Assembly: GCA_012799075.1 (NCBI GenBank)
Contig: JAAZLZ010000167.1
Location: forward strand, 1 to 36,239
DNA length: 36,239 bases
Direction: 5' to 3'
Source of the DNA: Bacillota bacterium
GTDB taxonomy: Bacteria; Bacillota; Limnochordia; JAAZLZ01
How positions within the stretch are numbered: position 1 is the first letter of the stretch; each line of letters starts with the position of its first letter. This document shows, piece after piece, positions 16,779 to 25,448 of this stretch. The notes beneath the pieces were generated by a model, which saw only the letters and a program-made list of their open reading frames with translations, was not told the origin of the DNA and did no database searches. Both the position numbers and the translations under genes were made by a program.

Positions 16779-17531
16779 ATGGAAAAAATCGGTTTTATTG
16801 CGCGAACCAGAGGGGAACTGGATGCCTTCAAGGAAGGAGTCATCATCATTCCTACCGGTACCACGGAACAGCACGGGCCCCATCTGCCCGTAGGAGTCGA
16901 CAGCTTCCTTGCGGAAACCATCGCCCTTCACGCGGCAAAGGAGCTAAGCACCCGGTTGCCGGTTTTGGCCGCGCCAACCTTGACTTATGGCAACTCCCAC
17001 CACCACTTATCTTTCGGGGGGACTATCTCCCTGCGAAGCGAAACCCTCATTGCCGTATTGAAGGACATTGGGATGTCCCTGGCGGAAAGCGGCTTCAGGA
17101 AGTTGTTCTTTTTGAACTCCCACGGGGGAAACGATGAGGCGGCCCGGCTGGTTGTAAGGGATTTGGCTAGAGAAGGGATCTGCGCAGCTGCAACCTCCTA
17201 TTGGACCGTTGCCTGGGATGCCCTTAAGGAGGCCGGCGCCTTGGACTCCGGGCGGGTGCCGGGGCATGCAGGCGGCTTTGAGACATCCTTGATGCTGTAC
17301 CTATATGGGGAGCTGGTCCAATGGGCTAATCGGCCGCCCTTAAGGGAAGATGCCAGCCCAAAAGAAGAGCCTGCTCGCCGGTTGTTCGTTCAGCTGCCCG
17401 GAGAAGGAGTGGGGAAGGATGGCTATAGCGACGATGCCCGCCATGCCTCGGCCGCGAAGGGGGAGCAGTACTTTCAGATTATCGTTTCCCAAGTGGCCCA
17501 GGCGGTGGAGGAGTTTTATCGCAGGATCTAA
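16779..17531 (+). CDS. Creatininase-family amidohydrolase
   Basis: 250 aa. GTTEQHGPHLPVGVD and LNSHGGN motifs are typical of the creatininase family. Confidence 0.8.
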   Translation: MEKIGFIARTRGELDAFKEGVIIIPTGTTEQHGPHLPVGVDSFLAETIALHAAKELSTRLPVLAAPTLTYGNSHHHLSFGGTISLRSETLIAVLKDIGMSLAESGFRKLFFLNSHGGNDEAARLVVRDLAREGICAAATSYWTVAWDALKEAGALDSGRVPGHAGGFETSLMLYLYGELVQWANRPPLREDASPKEEPARRLFVQLPGEGVGKDGYSDDARHASAAKGEQYFQIIVSQVAQAVEEFYRRI

Positions 17532-17541
17532 CGGAGGGGTA

Positions 17542-17570
17542 TTGACAGGGAAAATGGGTCCTTCTATAAT
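17542..17570 (+). promoter_or_regulatory. Consensus sigma70/SigA promoter
   Basis: TTGACA (17542-17547), exactly 17 nt of spacer, then TATAAT (17565-17570). It lies about 40 nt upstream of the hcp start. Confidence 0.65.
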
Positions 17571-17609
17571 ATAACTGTTGAACTTAGTAATAACGGGGAG
17601 GGGTTGGAT

Positions 17610-18893
17610 GTGTATTGTAACCAGTGCAGTCAGACGTTAAATGGCATCGCCTGCATTAAAGCTGGTGTTTGCGGCAAGAACGAGGATGTAAGCAGTCTCC
17701 AGGATAACTTGATTTATTCTTTAAAGGGAATCAGCGCGTATGCTTACCATGCACGGGAGTTGGGACATGTCGATGGAGAAATAGATGCCTTTCTAGCCGA
17801 GGCCCTCTACAGCACCCTGACCAACGTGAGCTTTGATGTGGAGCGGTTTGTGGACCTCAACCTGAAGGCGGGCCACATGACCATCAAGGCCATGGAACTT
17901 CTTAAGAAGGACCATGTGGAGGCTTTCGGACGAAATGAGCCGACTAGGGTGTCCACCGGAACGGCCAAGGGCCATGGAATCTTGGTCACAGGCCATGATC
18001 TAAAGGCCTTGTATGAGCTCTTGAAGCAAACGGAGGGCAAGGGGATCAACATCTATACCCATTCGGAAATGCTGCCCGCCCACGGATATCCGGTCCTCAA
18101 GGCCTTCCCCCACTTAAAGGGCAATCTGGGCGGCTCCTGGACGGATCAAAGGAAGCTCTTCGCCCAGTTTCCCGGAGCCATTCTCGGTACGTCCAACTGT
18201 GTACTAATACCTACAGATAAGTACCGGGATAGGATATTCACATTGGGCATTGCGGGGCTGCCGGGGGTTGCCGCCTTGGAAGGGTACGACTTTTCCCCCT
18301 TGATCGACAAGGCCCTCTCGTTGCCTGAACTTCCTGAGGAACCTGGTCCCATCATCACCACCGGCTTTGCCGACACCAACGTCTTGCCCTTGGCTGATAA
18401 GATCATCGATGCAGTCAAAGCTGGCAAGATCCGCCACTTCTTCCTGGTTGGCGGTTGTGATGCCCCCGGGCAGGGCGGAGAGTACTATCGGGAATTTGTC
18501 CGGCAGGCTCCTGCGGATACGGTGATTATGACCTTAGCCTGCGGCAAGTTCCGCTTCAACGATCTGGACCTTGGCGAAATTGACGGCATTCCCCGCTTGT
18601 TGGATCTAGGCCAGTGCAATGATGCCATTAGTGCTATCCGGATTGCCTCCGCTTTGGCCGATGCCTTCGCATGTGATGTCAACGATTTGCCCCTGTCCTT
18701 AGTTCTTTCCTGGATGGAACAGAAGGCGGTAGCCATTCTGATGGCCCTCTTTTCCCTGGGGCTTAAGGGGATCTATCTTGGACCCAAGCCGCCGGCCTGG
18801 ATTACCCCCGGGGTACTGGAAGTGCTGCAGAGGAACTTCGATCTTCGCTTGACCACAGAACCTGCCCGGGATATGGAAGCAATGCTGGGCTAA
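17610..18893 (+). CDS. hcp: Hybrid-cluster protein / hydroxylamine reductase, short form
   Basis: N-terminal YCNQCSQT...CIKAGVCGK cluster motif and C-terminal GGCD...ACGKFRF...GQCND. GTG 17610 sits 6 nt after GGGGAGGGG and gives the usual M-x-C-x-Q-C N-terminus. Confidence 0.85.
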   Translation: MYCNQCSQTLNGIACIKAGVCGKNEDVSSLQDNLIYSLKGISAYAYHARELGHVDGEIDAFLAEALYSTLTNVSFDVERFVDLNLKAGHMTIKAMELLKKDHVEAFGRNEPTRVSTGTAKGHGILVTGHDLKALYELLKQTEGKGINIYTHSEMLPAHGYPVLKAFPHLKGNLGGSWTDQRKLFAQFPGAILGTSNCVLIPTDKYRDRIFTLGIAGLPGVAALEGYDFSPLIDKALSLPELPEEPGPIITTGFADTNVLPLADKIIDAVKAGKIRHFFLVGGCDAPGQGGEYYREFVRQAPADTVIMTLACGKFRFNDLDLGEIDGIPRLLDLGQCNDAISAIRIASALADAFACDVNDLPLSLVLSWMEQKAVAILMALFSLGLKGIYLGPKPPAWITPGVLEVLQRNFDLRLTTEPARDMEAMLG

Positions 18894-18899
18894 AGGAAC

Positions 18900-18921
18900 A
18901 AGGGGGCTAACCTGCCCCCTT
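18900..18921. terminator. Bidirectional terminator hairpin
   Basis: 8-bp stem aagggggc / gccccctt between convergent genes. Confidence 0.6.
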
Positions 18922-19386
18922 CTACTTCTGGGCGATCAGGGAAGCCACAATTGCGGTCGTTTCCCTCACCAAGCGGGCGCATTCTTCCCAGCCGCCCCTA
19001 TCCAGCCAGGCTTGACGTTGGTGGGGGACATCGAAATCCGTTCGGGTGATATCCCGGCAAAGGCGGCTGCCAAATTTATCGGCAAACTCAGCGTAAAGTT
19101 TTTTAGCCGGGATGAAGGATTGGGCCAAAGCTTCCAGATCATCCATCTTGTCTTCCGGGGGGCCGAAGTACATTCCCAAGGCCAACAGGCCCCCCTGGAG
19201 GGCTCCGCAAAGGGAGCCGGCTCGACTACCCCCCGATAGAATTCCCACGGCCCTGAGAAGCAGGGGGTCCCTGGGTCCAAAGGTCTCCTGGATGCCCAGC
19301 ATCACCGCTTGCGAACAAGCCAAGACTTGCTTATCAATAAACACCTCATGGGCCCTTTGGGCTGCTTGTTCAATCTGATTTGCCAC
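18922..19386 (-). CDS. C_GCAxxG_C_C-family putative redox-active protein
   Basis: 154 aa. CSQAV..., LCGALQGG and C...C spacing are typical of the family. GTG start follows AAGGAGGAA. Confidence 0.7.
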   Translation of the reverse strand: MANQIEQAAQRAHEVFIDKQVLACSQAVMLGIQETFGPRDPLLLRAVGILSGGSRAGSLCGALQGGLLALGMYFGPPEDKMDDLEALAQSFIPAKKLYAEFADKFGSRLCRDITRTDFDVPHQRQAWLDRGGWEECARLVRETTAIVASLIAQK

Positions 19387-19519
19387 TGATGTTCCTCCTT
19401 AGTCGGTTTACTGTTTATTAGGTGACGGTTCAAGGGATTCCTTCCTTAAGCTTCGGGGGGAAGGGAACCATGTCTAAGTGCCGAAAACATGAGGTAGCGC
19501 AAGCAAAGGAGGCCTTGTC

Positions 19520-20545
19520 ATGTGGGCATTAGTTTATCATGGACCCAACGATTTGCGTTATGAGCAAATCACCAAACCTGTTCCAGGTGCAGGGGAGGTA
19601 TTGGTAGCCGTCAAGGCGGTTGGTGTGTGCGGCTCTGATGTCCATGGATATCAGGGGATTACCGGTCGGCGGATCCCACCTATGGTCATGGGTCATGAGT
19701 TTGCCGGCCAGGTGGCCGAGGTGGGCCCCAATGTCGAAGACGTGGAGATTGGGATGAAGGTGGCAGTCCAGCCCCTGGTTTTTTGCGGCAAGTGCGGTGA
19801 GTGCCGGCGGGGGAATACGAACTTGTGCGTTGAAGGAAGGCTCCTGGGGGTTTTAACCACCAACGGTGCCATGGCAGAGTATGTGGTGGTGCCGGCCAAA
19901 CAGCTGTTTCCATTGCCTGAAGGACTGGGTTTTGCAGAGGGGGCTCTGGTGGAGCCGGCGGCAGTAGCCTTGAGGGCCATCAACAAGTTGGGGGATCGGC
20001 CCATGCCCGATCGGGTAGCCATTGTCGGTGCGGGTCCCATTGGACTTCTGCTGCTCCAATACGTGAAGCTGCGGGGAGCCAAAGAAGTCCTGGTAACAGA
20101 TCTGGAGAATTACCGCCTCGAATTGGCCAAGGAACTAGGTGCAGATATGGTCCTTAACCCCAAAGAAACAGATGTCATCTTGCGAGCTCAAGATTGGACC
20201 CATGGGGAGGGTGTGCCCCTGGCCATCGAGGCCGTAGGAGCTACTCCGACTGTGCAGCAGGCCATGGCCATGGTCGGTGTCCGGGGGACGGTGCTGTGGG
20301 TGGGGAACTCGGCGAAGTTCATCGAGATGAACATGCAGCAAACGGTCACCCGGGAGTACACTATTTTGGGAACCTTCATCTATAGCCATGAGGAGTTTGG
20401 TCAGGCACTGAAGGATATTGGTGCGGGGCGGGTTAAGGTAAAGCCCCTCCTAAGCCGTTCATATCCACTAAGCCGCGGCCCGGAGGTCTTTGCCACCCTT
20501 GCCGAGGGCAAAGAGAAGGTCATCAAGGCCGTGCTGACTATCTAA
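19520..20545 (+). CDS. Zn-dependent medium-chain alcohol/polyol dehydrogenase
   Basis: 341 aa with GVCGSDVH, GHEFAG, the structural-Zn loop CGKCGECRRGNTNLC and GAGPIG. Confidence 0.85.
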   Translation: MWALVYHGPNDLRYEQITKPVPGAGEVLVAVKAVGVCGSDVHGYQGITGRRIPPMVMGHEFAGQVAEVGPNVEDVEIGMKVAVQPLVFCGKCGECRRGNTNLCVEGRLLGVLTTNGAMAEYVVVPAKQLFPLPEGLGFAEGALVEPAAVALRAINKLGDRPMPDRVAIVGAGPIGLLLLQYVKLRGAKEVLVTDLENYRLELAKELGADMVLNPKETDVILRAQDWTHGEGVPLAIEAVGATPTVQQAMAMVGVRGTVLWVGNSAKFIEMNMQQTVTREYTILGTFIYSHEEFGQALKDIGAGRVKVKPLLSRSYPLSRGPEVFATLAEGKEKVIKAVLTI

Positions 20546-20578
20546 ATTCGTGTGGGCCTTGCTTGGGCAGGGCCCGCT

Positions 20579-21619
20579 TTACACCTGCAGGACTTGCTCG
20601 ACATAAACATCCAGACGGGTGGCCAAATCAATGGGTCCTTTCTTCGTGGCCACGATGGGGTGGGCCGGGTTGCTCCGATCGATATGAACGATCCTGCCTT
20701 GCTGTCCGTTGCTGAGGATGACCCCTTTTCCTCGGTAGCGGCTCATGATGCCACAGATTAGGGATTTGACGGGAATGGCATCTAACTTGTGGGGCATCAT
20801 CCCTTCGATTATCTTGAAGGATTCAAAGGGAGACAAGGCGTGTTTGTAAGCACGCCTTGATGTTAGAGCATGGAACACGTCACAGGCCGCTAGAATCCTT
20901 CCATACAGACTGATTTCATCTTTGACAAGACCCCGGGGGTAGCCTGAACCATCGTTTCGCTCATGATGTTCATAGATGGCCCGGATCACCTTTTCTGGCA
21001 CCCCGGGGGTATTCCTCAGCAGCTCGTAGGCATGGACAGGATGCTTGCGAGCTTCTTCCCATTCATGCTCATCCAAGCTGGATGGTTTGTTCAAGACCTC
21101 CTGGGGCACCAGGGCCTTGCCCAGATCGTGGAGATAGCCCGCCATGGCCAATTCAAAAAAGGCTTCTTCATCAAGTTCCATCCAATTGCCGACGGTAGCC
21201 GCCAGAGCTGCTACAGCAACGCCATGGTTGTACGTGTAATGATGCCACTCATAAAGAGAGGTCATTAGCTGGACTACTTGAAAGCCCTGTTCCGGCCGAA
21301 ACAACACCGGGGCCATGGCCTGCTCCGCCTCGGCATAGTCAATTGTTCCTCCCGAGCTGACCTTCGCCATGAGATCTTCTAAGTAATTTGAAGTCGCCTG
21401 AACCTCAACCACCAAGTCTTGTCGGGTTTGGACGGTATCTCGAGAGATTGGGACCAAGACATCGACGTCAAAGATGAGGTGTTGGCGAAGTCCCTCAATT
21501 ACGGTGGGAGTAAGGGCCTTACCGGCGGCCAGCAGCCGTTGTCCGGAGCTGCCGAAGACATCATGGGCAAGGCGCATGCCTAGCCTGGCTTCATCGAGGC
21601 TAATACGCAGCCTTTTCAT
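20579..21619 (-). CDS. HD-GYP domain protein (probable c-di-GMP phosphodiesterase)
   Basis: 346 aa with HDLGK and HHERNDGSGYPRG motifs. Confidence 0.85.
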   Translation of the reverse strand: MKRLRISLDEARLGMRLAHDVFGSSGQRLLAAGKALTPTVIEGLRQHLIFDVDVLVPISRDTVQTRQDLVVEVQATSNYLEDLMAKVSSGGTIDYAEAEQAMAPVLFRPEQGFQVVQLMTSLYEWHHYTYNHGVAVAALAATVGNWMELDEEAFFELAMAGYLHDLGKALVPQEVLNKPSSLDEHEWEEARKHPVHAYELLRNTPGVPEKVIRAIYEHHERNDGSGYPRGLVKDEISLYGRILAACDVFHALTSRRAYKHALSPFESFKIIEGMMPHKLDAIPVKSLICGIMSRYRGKGVILSNGQQGRIVHIDRSNPAHPIVATKKGPIDLATRLDVYVEQVLQV

Positions 21620-21800
21620 GGATTAACCTCCTCTGCCCGGCAAAAGTGGATTGTGCTCAGTATCACTTTTCTGGATTCAGCGTCCAATTCCTGCAATTAT
21701 CGAAAGGAATAATCGCTTGTTTGTAGTGGAAAGAGCGGCAACGCGAGATAAAAACTATATTACTCCTTAGCAGGAGAAGACAAATAAAGGGAGAACTACC

Positions 21801-21814
21801 ATACTAGCTAGTAT
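21801..21814. promoter_or_regulatory. Perfect 14-bp palindrome ATACTAGCTAGTAT, candidate GntR operator
   Basis: Exact dyad 28 nt upstream of the GntR-family gene start. Confidence 0.5.
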
Positions 21815-21841
21815 CTCGCCTGGGATGGGAGAGTGGCGCTG

Positions 21842-22519
21842 ATGAAAAAGCCAGCACGGGAACGTCGGACTTCTTATGCCGATTGGGCATACAGGCAAAT
21901 CCGGGATGCCATCATTTGGTGGGATTTGCAGCCGCGGGAGATGATTTCGGAAAACCAGCTGGCCAAGAAGCTCCACATCAGTCGGACTCCTGTACGCGAG
22001 GCGCTGTTGCGTCTACAAAGAGAAGGTCTAGTTGAGATCAAGCCCCAGCGAGGGGCTTTTGTGTCTCCTATCCGGGTTAATGAGGTTCTCCAGGCCCGCT
22101 TGGTTCGAGAGGTCCTCGAAGTGACGGCAGTCAAAGAGGGATTTGATCGAATCGGGGCCGATGAATTGCTGGCGATGGAGAAGGCCCTCGACGATCAGGA
22201 GAAGGCTGCCCTAGCGCGAGACTTTCGCGCTTTCATTGATGCCGATGAGGGTTTCCATCAAGTCATTCTGGATGCTGCTCAGAACGAGAAGCTCAAGGGA
22301 GTTGTAGCCCAGATGCGGTTGCACCTTCTAAGGGTCAGGGTGTGGGCCTTGCCTGTAGCTGAACGCTTTCGATTGATGATTGAGGACCATAAATCCATTT
22401 ACGAGGCCTATCGGGAGCGAGACTTGGAGCTTGCCGTTGCTCGGATGGAGTCTCATTTGCGACGTACCAAAGAAACCTGTGCCACCATCGTGAATCAAAA
22501 TCCCTTTTTGTGTACTTAA
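21842..22519 (+). CDS. GntR-family transcriptional regulator (FadR/FCD subfamily)
   Basis: Winged-HTH region ISENQLAKKLHISRTPVREAL plus an all-helical C-terminal FCD-like domain. Confidence 0.85.
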   Translation: MKKPARERRTSYADWAYRQIRDAIIWWDLQPREMISENQLAKKLHISRTPVREALLRLQREGLVEIKPQRGAFVSPIRVNEVLQARLVREVLEVTAVKEGFDRIGADELLAMEKALDDQEKAALARDFRAFIDADEGFHQVILDAAQNEKLKGVVAQMRLHLLRVRVWALPVAERFRLMIEDHKSIYEAYRERDLELAVARMESHLRRTKETCATIVNQNPFLCT

Positions 22520-22617
22520 GATTTCCAATCCCACTTGAGAAAGGAGGTTCTCGGGAAGAAGCTGGGAACTTGGTTCTATTGGCATGTGTCAATCACGAAA
22601 AGAAAGGGTGTCAGCTA

Positions 22618-23607
22618 ATGAAGAAAACAGGATTAGCAATTGTCATCATGTCCCTTCTGGTGTGTATGTTGACCCTGCCAGCGGGTGCAGCTCAGGTGTG
22701 GAAGATGGGTCACATCATGCCCGCCGAAAGCCCCGTCGACATGGCGGCCCAAAAATTGGCTGAGCTGGTCAATGAAAGGACCGATGGCCGGATCAAGATC
22801 GAGATCTTCCCGGCTAGTCAGCTGGGCAGCCAGAATGATATGTATGAGCTCTTGCGGATGGGTGCCATGCAGATGATGTGGGCGGGGGACTATGTGGCCA
22901 TGCGGGCTGTGCCGGAATTCGAAGGCGTTCACTGGCCTTACATCTTCAAGAACGAGGATCACGCGGCGGCCTTCATGGAAACCCCCTTGGGTCAGACTTG
23001 GCGGGAAGAAACCCGCAAGCGGACCGGAATTAGGACCATCGGTTATGTGATCCGCAGTGCTCGTCACCTAACGACAAACAAGCCCGTTTATAGTGTCAAG
23101 GATGTCAAGGGCATGAAGCTGCGCAGCTCTGAGAATCCTGTTTACATCCAGGGGTTCGGCTCCATGGGCTTTGTGGTCACACCCATCGCCTTCGGCGAGC
23201 TGTTCACAGCCCTCCAGCAAGGTGTGGTGGAAGCCCAGGAAAACCCCTTCGACATGATCTATGGCCATGGACTATATGAAGTGCAAAAATACTTGGTACT
23301 TACCGGTCACCAGTACAGTCTATACCAGCTGCACATGAACGATAAGCTTTTCCAATCCATAAGTCCTGAAGACCAGGAAATCCTCATGCAATCAGTTGCG
23401 GATGCCTGCCAGTACGGCAACGAGTTGACCAAGGAGATGGAGGACGAGCTCTTTGCCAAGCTTAAGGCTACTGGCATCAAAGTCATCGGGCCTCCCGAGT
23501 TGGATGTGGACAGCTTCCGGAAAGCATCTGCCACCATTCCCCAGAACCTGCTTGATAAGTGGTGGCCAGGTTTTGTCGAGGCCGTTAGGGCGTGTGAACC
23601 CAAGTAA
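22618..23607 (+). CDS. dctP: TRAP transporter substrate-binding protein (DctP family)
   Basis: ATG 22618 gives a signal peptide, MKKTGLAIVIMSLL. Contains ALQQGVVEAQENP. The ORF-track start at 22510 overlaps the GntR gene and adds a non-signal extension. Confidence 0.9.
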   Translation: MKKTGLAIVIMSLLVCMLTLPAGAAQVWKMGHIMPAESPVDMAAQKLAELVNERTDGRIKIEIFPASQLGSQNDMYELLRMGAMQMMWAGDYVAMRAVPEFEGVHWPYIFKNEDHAAAFMETPLGQTWREETRKRTGIRTIGYVIRSARHLTTNKPVYSVKDVKGMKLRSSENPVYIQGFGSMGFVVTPIAFGELFTALQQGVVEAQENPFDMIYGHGLYEVQKYLVLTGHQYSLYQLHMNDKLFQSISPEDQEILMQSVADACQYGNELTKEMEDELFAKLKATGIKVIGPPELDVDSFRKASATIPQNLLDKWWPGFVEAVRACEPK

Positions 23608-23614
23608 GGACGAG

Positions 23615-23646
23615 GGCGGGGCGAAACCCGCCCCGCCACTGTTTTC
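23615..23646 (+). terminator. Intra-operon attenuator/terminator hairpin after dctP
   Basis: Perfect 9-bp stem ggcggggcg / cgccccgcc, then actgtttt. Confidence 0.5.
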
Positions 23647-23662
23647 CTGGGAGGTGAGTAGT

Positions 23663-24139
23663 ATGCTCAAGAAGTTCGATCGGGGCCTGGACGCGGTACT
23701 TACATTTTGCGGCGCCTTGTTGTTTTCTATTGCCCTGGTGATTACGGCTGTGCAGGTGTTCTTGCGCTATGCCATCAATCAGCCTTTGTTTTGGGCGGAA
23801 GAACTGGCTCGTCTTTGCTTTCTATGGATGATTTATGTAGGCTCGATCCTGGCCGTTCGTTATGATAAGCATATGGTCGTCGATATCTTCTATGAGACCC
23901 TCCCCCAGTGGGGAAAGCGCATACTGGATACGATAGTCTTGGTTGTTGTCGGTGTTTTCCTGATCGTGCTGACCAAAGAAGGGTATGGACTGGTATTGGC
24001 GGAGATGACCAGCGTAACCCCAGCCATGCAGATAAAGGTGGGCTATGTTTATTCCATCATCCCCTTGGCGGGGTTGGCGATGCTCTTTTACTTAGTATTT
24101 CCCTATAAGCCGGCCAAAACCAGCAGCCTTTCGGAATAG
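23663..24139 (+). CDS. dctQ: TRAP transporter small permease (DctQ family)
   Basis: ATG 23663 follows GGGAGGTGA. Contains PLFWAEELA and HMVVDIF motifs and 4 TM segments. Confidence 0.85.
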   Translation: MLKKFDRGLDAVLTFCGALLFSIALVITAVQVFLRYAINQPLFWAEELARLCFLWMIYVGSILAVRYDKHMVVDIFYETLPQWGKRILDTIVLVVVGVFLIVLTKEGYGLVLAEMTSVTPAMQIKVGYVYSIIPLAGLAMLFYLVFPYKPAKTSSLSE

Positions 24140-24151
24140 GGGGTGTAAACC

Positions 24152-25432
24152 TTGTCCGGACTATATCTTTTGCTTGGACTGTTAATCCTGCTTTTCTTGC
24201 GGGTGCCTATCGCCTTTGGTCTGGGAGCCGCATCCCTCGGGTATTTACTTGTCAGGGGGGGCATCCCCTTAGGGGTGGTGGCCCAGCGGATCAACGGCTC
24301 AATGAACTCCTTTGTGCTGCTGGCAGTTCCATTTTTCATGCTGGCAGGAAAGCTCATGAATACCGGGGGCATCACCAGGCGGATCTTCAATTTTGCCAAC
24401 GACTTGGTGGGACATATCCCCGGGGGCTTGGGACATGTCAATATTGTGGCCAGCCTGATCTTTGCTGGCATGTCGGGTTCCGCGGTGGCCGATGCCGCCG
24501 GGCTTGGGACCATCGAGATCAAGGCTATGAGGGATGCAGGCTTTGACGATGACTTCAGTGCCGCGGTGACGGCAGCCTCTTCGACCATTGGGCCAATTAT
24601 TCCGCCCAGCATTCCGATGGTTTTGTACGGCGTCATGGCTGAGGTATCCATCGGCAGGCTATTCGTTGGCGGCGTAATCCCAGGCATCTTGATGGCGGTC
24701 ACCCTAATGATCTTCACCTACTTCGTGGCCAAGCGAAGGGACTACCCCTGCAGAGAGAAAGTCGATCTCCGACGGCTGAGCAAGAGCTTTGCTGAAGCCT
24801 TTCCACCACTACTGGCACCGGTCATCATCGTCGGAGGCATCCTGACAGGGGTGTTTACACCCACCGAGGCCGCGGTGGTAGCCGTATTATATGCTTTCTG
24901 CCTTAGTTACTTCATCTACAGAGAACTGCCCCTCGAAGAGATCCCGGGGATGGTGAAAGAAGTGGTCATCAGCACCGCATCCATCATTCTCATCGTGGGC
25001 TGCGCTAGCCTGTTCGGCTGGATTCTCACCTGGGAGCGGGTACCCCAAGTACTAGCCCAGTCCATGTTCGGCATTTCCAACAATCCGACCGTTGTGATGT
25101 TGTTGATGGTCGTCTTCCTGCTCTTCGTGGGTACTTTCTCCGCAGCAACTGCTTCCCTGGTTGTCCTGGTTCCAATCTTCAAACCCTTGATGAGCCAAGT
25201 GGGCATCGACCCTGTTCACTGTGGGGTAGTGATGGTTCTGACTCTCATGATTGGGCTCTTGACTCCTCCTGTTGGCTCCGTGCTCTATGTTACTGCGGAG
25301 GTGGCAGGGATTTCCGTTGCCAGGATGATCAAAGCGGTGACCCCGTACCTGATTCCCCTGCTAATCACCGTTTTGATGCTGGTGTTTTTCCCGGGCCTGG
25401 TGACGTTTTTGCCCAATTTGCTACTAGGATAG
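24152..25432 (+). CDS. dctM: TRAP transporter large permease (DctM family)
   Basis: 426 aa and a paralogue of the 15353-16633 gene, sharing GGLGHVNIVASLIFAGMSGSAVAD and GPIIPPSI. Confidence 0.9.
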   Translation: MSGLYLLLGLLILLFLRVPIAFGLGAASLGYLLVRGGIPLGVVAQRINGSMNSFVLLAVPFFMLAGKLMNTGGITRRIFNFANDLVGHIPGGLGHVNIVASLIFAGMSGSAVADAAGLGTIEIKAMRDAGFDDDFSAAVTAASSTIGPIIPPSIPMVLYGVMAEVSIGRLFVGGVIPGILMAVTLMIFTYFVAKRRDYPCREKVDLRRLSKSFAEAFPPLLAPVIIVGGILTGVFTPTEAAVVAVLYAFCLSYFIYRELPLEEIPGMVKEVVISTASIILIVGCASLFGWILTWERVPQVLAQSMFGISNNPTVVMLLMVVFLLFVGTFSAATASLVVLVPIFKPLMSQVGIDPVHCGVVMVLTLMIGLLTPPVGSVLYVTAEVAGISVARMIKAVTPYLIPLLITVLMLVFFPGLVTFLPNLLLG

Positions 25433-25448
25433 GAAGGAGGAAGAAAGG

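Noticed and set aside
22580-22595. TGGCAT-N5-AATCA upstream of the second dctP as a sigma54 promoter
   Set aside because: The invariant GC of the -12 box is TC here, so the match is too weak to call.
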